Shown here in pieces: positions 35,801 to 37,761 of a stretch of 37,761 nt of DNA; positions within the stretch are counted from its first letter, which is position 1; the number at the start of each line of letters is the position of its first letter. This DNA is from Bigelowiella natans CCMP2755 (lineage: Eukaryota > Protista > Cercozoa). The translations under genes were made by a program, and so were the position numbers. Location: positions 1 through 37,761 of the forward strand of contig ADNK01002864.1 of NCBI GenBank assembly GCA_000320545.1. Direction: 5' to 3'. The notes under the pieces are model-generated. The model was not told the origin of the DNA and made no database searches. It saw only the letters and a list, made by a program, of their open reading frames with translations.

Positions 35801-37761
35801 GCCATTGATGTCATCTAGAAGTGCCTAGATCAATCCATTGCTCGATTTATGCATTTGGATCTATGAGTAGCATGATGTATTCTCATATGAACATGAGTAA
35901 TGAACACGATCATTCATGCATTTCCATCGAAAAGTGACATTCTTGTAGAATGAGGTCACTTTACATGTGTCATGAGGGTTTGCGTTTAACATTGTATTGT
36001 AGCCTCTACACATTGCTGCTGAGCATGGGAGGGTTGACGAGATGCGTCGTCTCATTAAGACTAAGGCTGATCTTGAGGTCAAAGAGCACAGAGGATGGAC
36101 GGCGCTTCACTGTGCTGCTAGAGAAAGTCACATGGATGCTGTGCGTTGCCTCGTCGAGTGTGGAGCCGAAGTTTCGGCTAAAAGTAAACACGGATCAACA
36201 CCATTTGATGTCGCATACGATGAGGACATTGTGAAGTATCTGGTAAAATGACTAAAGCTGACATCTTGCAAGCAGAGCCATGATTTGTTCAATTTGACAC
36301 TGTTGACGTGACGTGATTTTTTGAAACATCCTGTCACTGTTTTAGTTCTCACCTTCATTGCATTGGTCGGGTTAGTCATAAGTCTGCTGATTCACTTTTT
36401 GGAAACAATGCGTGAAGATAGTTGTCCACAAATCAAAGTGAATCGAGGGTTTTGAAAATTGAAGAGCTGCATTTTTCATGGGACAAAATGGATCCCTTAA
36501 AATCTGCCCTTAAATCCGAAAACGTTGAAGAGCTCTTCAGTCTCGTCAAAGACAAGCCCCTCCGCATAGATTGTCAGAACAAAGAACGAGCCCTTCACTT
36601 GGGGGTTGAAAAGGGGCATTTGGATTTGGTGAAATGTTTGACAGAGGCAAAGACAAGCATGAACACAAAGAACATTGAGGGAAGTTGCGCCTTGCACGTT
36701 GCATGTTCAAATGGCAACATGGACATGTCAAGATACCTCATAGAGGAGGCCAAAGCAAACGTAGACGGGGAGGATAAACATGGAAATACTGCTCTACTTC
36801 TTGCCTTTAAACATCGCCAGTGTGAACTAGCTAAATGCCTTGCGGGGGGGGGCAAAGCTAATGTAGATGCAAAGTGCAATGAAGGCAATACAGCTTTGCA
36901 TCTTGCCGTCAAACATGGCCAGTGTGAACTAGCTAAATACCTTGTGGAGGAGGTCAAAGCTAATGTAGATGCAAAGGACGACAATTATGGAAACACAGTT
37001 TTGCATCTTGCTTGTCAAAATGGCCAGTGTGAACAAGCTAAATGCCTTGTGGAGGAGGCCAAAGCTAATGTAGATGTGAAGGACAATTGTGGAAATACAG
37101 CTTTGCATCTTGCCTTCAAACATGGCCAGTATGAACTAGCAAAATACCTTGTGGAGAAGGCCAAAGCTAATGTGGAGGCAAAAACCAAAGAAGACGATAC
37201 TGCTCTACACATAGCCTGTATATGTGGCAATATTGATGCAGCTAAACATCTAGTGGAGGAGGCCAAAGCTAACGTGGAGGCAAAAACCAAAGAAGGCAAT
37301 GCTGCCCTACACATAGCCTGTCGATATGACAATCGTGATGTAGTTAAACATCTAGTGAAGGAGGCCAAAGCTAACGTGGAGGCAAAAACCAAAGAAGGCA
37401 ATACTGCCCTACACATAGCCTGTCGATATGACAATCGTGATGTAGTTAAATGTCTAGTGAAGGAGGCCAAAGCTAACGTGGAGGCAAAAACCAAAGGAAG
37501 GCAATACTGCCCTACACATAGCCTGTCGATATGACAATCGTGATGAAGTTGAACATCTAGTGGAAGGAGGTCAAAGCTAATGGTGGAGGCAAAAACCAAA
37601 GAAGGGCAATACTGCCCTACACATAACTTGTCCCTATGACAATCTCGATGTACTCAAATGTCTAGTGTCTGATTCAATTTCTAATGTGGAGGCAAAAACC
37701 AAAGAAAGAAATACTACCCTACACATAGCCAGTCAATATGACAATCGTGATGTAGTTGAAT
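32813..37761 (+). pseudogene. Ankyrin-repeat gene copy B, pseudogene
   Basis: Collinear with copy A. Frame disruptions near 34060 and 34385-34392, acceptor TATAG>CATGG (36477-36481), donor GT>GC (34988), many Y>C/H changes, and further indels after 37495. Confidence 0.85.

Larger units (their letters stand above)
29623..37761 (+). repeat. Tandem segmental duplication, unit B (runs off the right edge)
   Basis: Begins with a copy of the last ~87 nt of the upstream gene's terminal exon (gtgaagaagagcttctttagc...) and continues collinear with unit A, without the copia element. Confidence 0.88.

Noticed and set aside
22807-37761. Classical fungal RIP (CpA>TpA) acting on copy A, i.e. the opposite polarity
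   Set aside because: Conserved copia motifs, the PBS, splice sites and the TG-vs-CA LTR site all show TA is ancestral. Copy A is the intact one, and RIP would introduce stops.
37495-37761. Programmed frameshifts in the terminal ankyrin repeats
   Set aside because: Several scattered 1-nt indels near the window end fit low sequence quality or pseudogene decay better.

Overview
Eukaryotic (intron-dense, microsatellite-rich, protist-like) genomic DNA with two compartments. (1) About 1-13.7 kb is ordinary genic DNA. It holds the 5' ~10 kb of a multi-exon GBF1/GNOM-type Sec7 ARF-GEF on the minus strand (running off the left edge) and a divergent multi-exon gene of unknown function. (2) About 13.6-37.8 kb is a tandem segmental duplication (unit A ~13629-29622, unit B ~29623 to window end). 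Each unit carries a multi-exon ankyrin-repeat gene; A looks intact and B is a pseudogene. Unit A also has a full-length Ty1/copia LTR retrotransposon (14697-21119) and a LINE 3' fragment. Unit B has a small helical-bundle ORF and a P-type ATPase fragment at the equivalent slot. Two signals stand out. First, repeated DNA has been hypermutated at TpA to TpG or CpA on both strands, the mirror image of fungal RIP: the 1540-aa copia ORF retains one Tyr and ~17 TA dinucleotides yet has no internal stop. Second, there is a dense cluster of 8-bp micro-insertions of the form X-CTAG-X (X = 4-bp duplication), with empty sites visible in the paralogous copy. All counts were made by eye and need computational confirmation. 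Novelty could not be checked against the literature.
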